This document shows positions 63,001 through 64,000 of a stretch of DNA of 64,000 bases, in pieces (the first letter of the stretch is position 1; each line of letters opens with the position of its first letter). The DNA is from Marsupella aquatica. Lineage: Eukaryota > Plantae > Marchantiophyta. The stretch is from contig OZ316899.1 of the NCBI GenBank assembly GCA_973895155.1, forward strand, positions 4,591,241 to 4,655,240, read 5' to 3'. A model generated the notes under the pieces. It saw only the letters and a list, made by a program, of their open reading frames with translations. It was not told the DNA's origin and searched no databases. The position numbers and the translations under genes were made by a program.

Positions 63001-63471
63001 ATTTTTTCAATCCAATTGGTTTGCCGACTTGTGTAGGTCTTCACTCTTATACTGGATATATTTTGTCAAGTTTCCTTCAAGGGAAAGGTCCCAAAGGATC
63101 CAAGATTCAAGCTATTATCAAGCGCTGAAGATCCTTCAATCTCAAACCTCATTGGGCTCCAATCTTTGAAGGCAGATCATTGTCCTAAACTGCACTTTAC
63201 TGGGAACACCCAATTGCCGGTTGGTTTTATGCAAATTGTCATTGAACTTTTTACAATATCGAGGGATATTGTTATGGATTGGACCGTCGGTTCTAGTAGT
63301 ACATTCATTGTTGGGGATTACTCTGGCCGTTTTGTCATTGGATTGGAAAATCATCGGGAGTTTGTTGAGATTGCTTCAAGGATTTTTTTGGACCTCATTT
63401 CTCCCAAACCTTTGGAGACACAACCTCCCCCTCCTCAAATAAGTGGATGGAAAAAGAAAGATAGACTTTGA
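60060..63471 (+). pseudogene. Multi-exon gene: ParB/Srx-like N-terminus plus C-terminal N6/N4 DNA methyltransferase-like domain
   Basis: KMFYVFDGNHQLYAW (DGNH at 60478, ParB GxHR-like). FLLDDGMLAIL at ~62757-62790. Last exon from TGTAG|63037 reads QLPVGFMQIVIELFTISRDIVMDWTVGSSSTFIVGDYSGRFVIGLENHREFVEIA, matching the KP...L...T..GD.VLDPF.GSGTT...GR..IG.E tail of the N6_N4_Mtase family. In-frame stops are present. Confidence 0.65.
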
Positions 63472-64000
63472 TCTATCCTCAACTTTGACTCAGATGAGGA
63501 GGAAGGTACGCCTAAAGATGACGATCCTGAGGATGTCAATAACGATGGGAAAGATTGAGGAAACCCAACATGAAGGGTCAACGGAGGATAGCAAAGAGTC
63601 TTTTGAGTAATTTTTGTCTCTCATAAGCTCCTTTATCCTTTCAATTGTTGGTGAACCTTTAATTCCACCAGTTCTATCTGCCAAGTACTTACTTCCTCTT
63701 CATCTTCCGTTTCTCTTTTGAGTAGGTCAGAATGGAACCAAAGAAAATGATTTCAACTCCGAAGGAAAGTAGCTTAAAATGTAATCGTCACTCCCTAGAA
63801 GCCCTTTGTGTTGCCATCATACACTAAGAATGTCGCAAGGAAGGCTGAGAAATTTAGGACGCTTTGTTGGGAAACAAAAGGCCTTAGGCTTCTTAGGGGA
63901 GTAGACAAGAAGTTCATGAGGAACCCTTATGTAGATGATGTTTCTAGAAGCAAGTATATTGATGACAAGGCTGAATTGACCGATAGATCTCATAGCTCCA

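Overview
Plant genomic DNA, probably a non-seed land plant (inferred from TTTAGGG repeats, a Bianca copia lineage and bryophyte/fern-type transposon ORFs). The window is almost entirely nested transposable elements and I see no clear ordinary host gene. From left to right: a retroelement-type extra ORF; a Helitron (minus strand); a Bianca-type copia fragment; and a MULE-like/SWIM transposase gene (13.2-41.4 kb, minus strand). That gene is split by a full-length copia (LTRs 14315-14657 and 33447-33784, TSD ATTCC) and by an L1 LINE (TSD AGTATCCTC) that itself carries a MITE. Inside the copia is a complete 9.9 kb CACTA element (18939-28832, TSD ATT). Further right are a Sola2-like DDD transposase with palindromic intronic arrays, RING and RPA-like OB-fold ORFs, a second retroelement-type extra ORF, and a ParB-like plus N6/N4-DNA-methyltransferase-like gene. 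The best candidate for an undescribed system is the CACTA element. It carries an uninterrupted SET-domain exon between the zinc-finger first exon and the body of its TnpD transposase, and the phase-compatible splice sites predict alternative ZnF-SET and ZnF-transposase products. The runner-up is the ParB-MTase-like gene, linked to the MULE by a shared 15-bp palindrome. All domain calls are by eye from motifs; no database searches were run.
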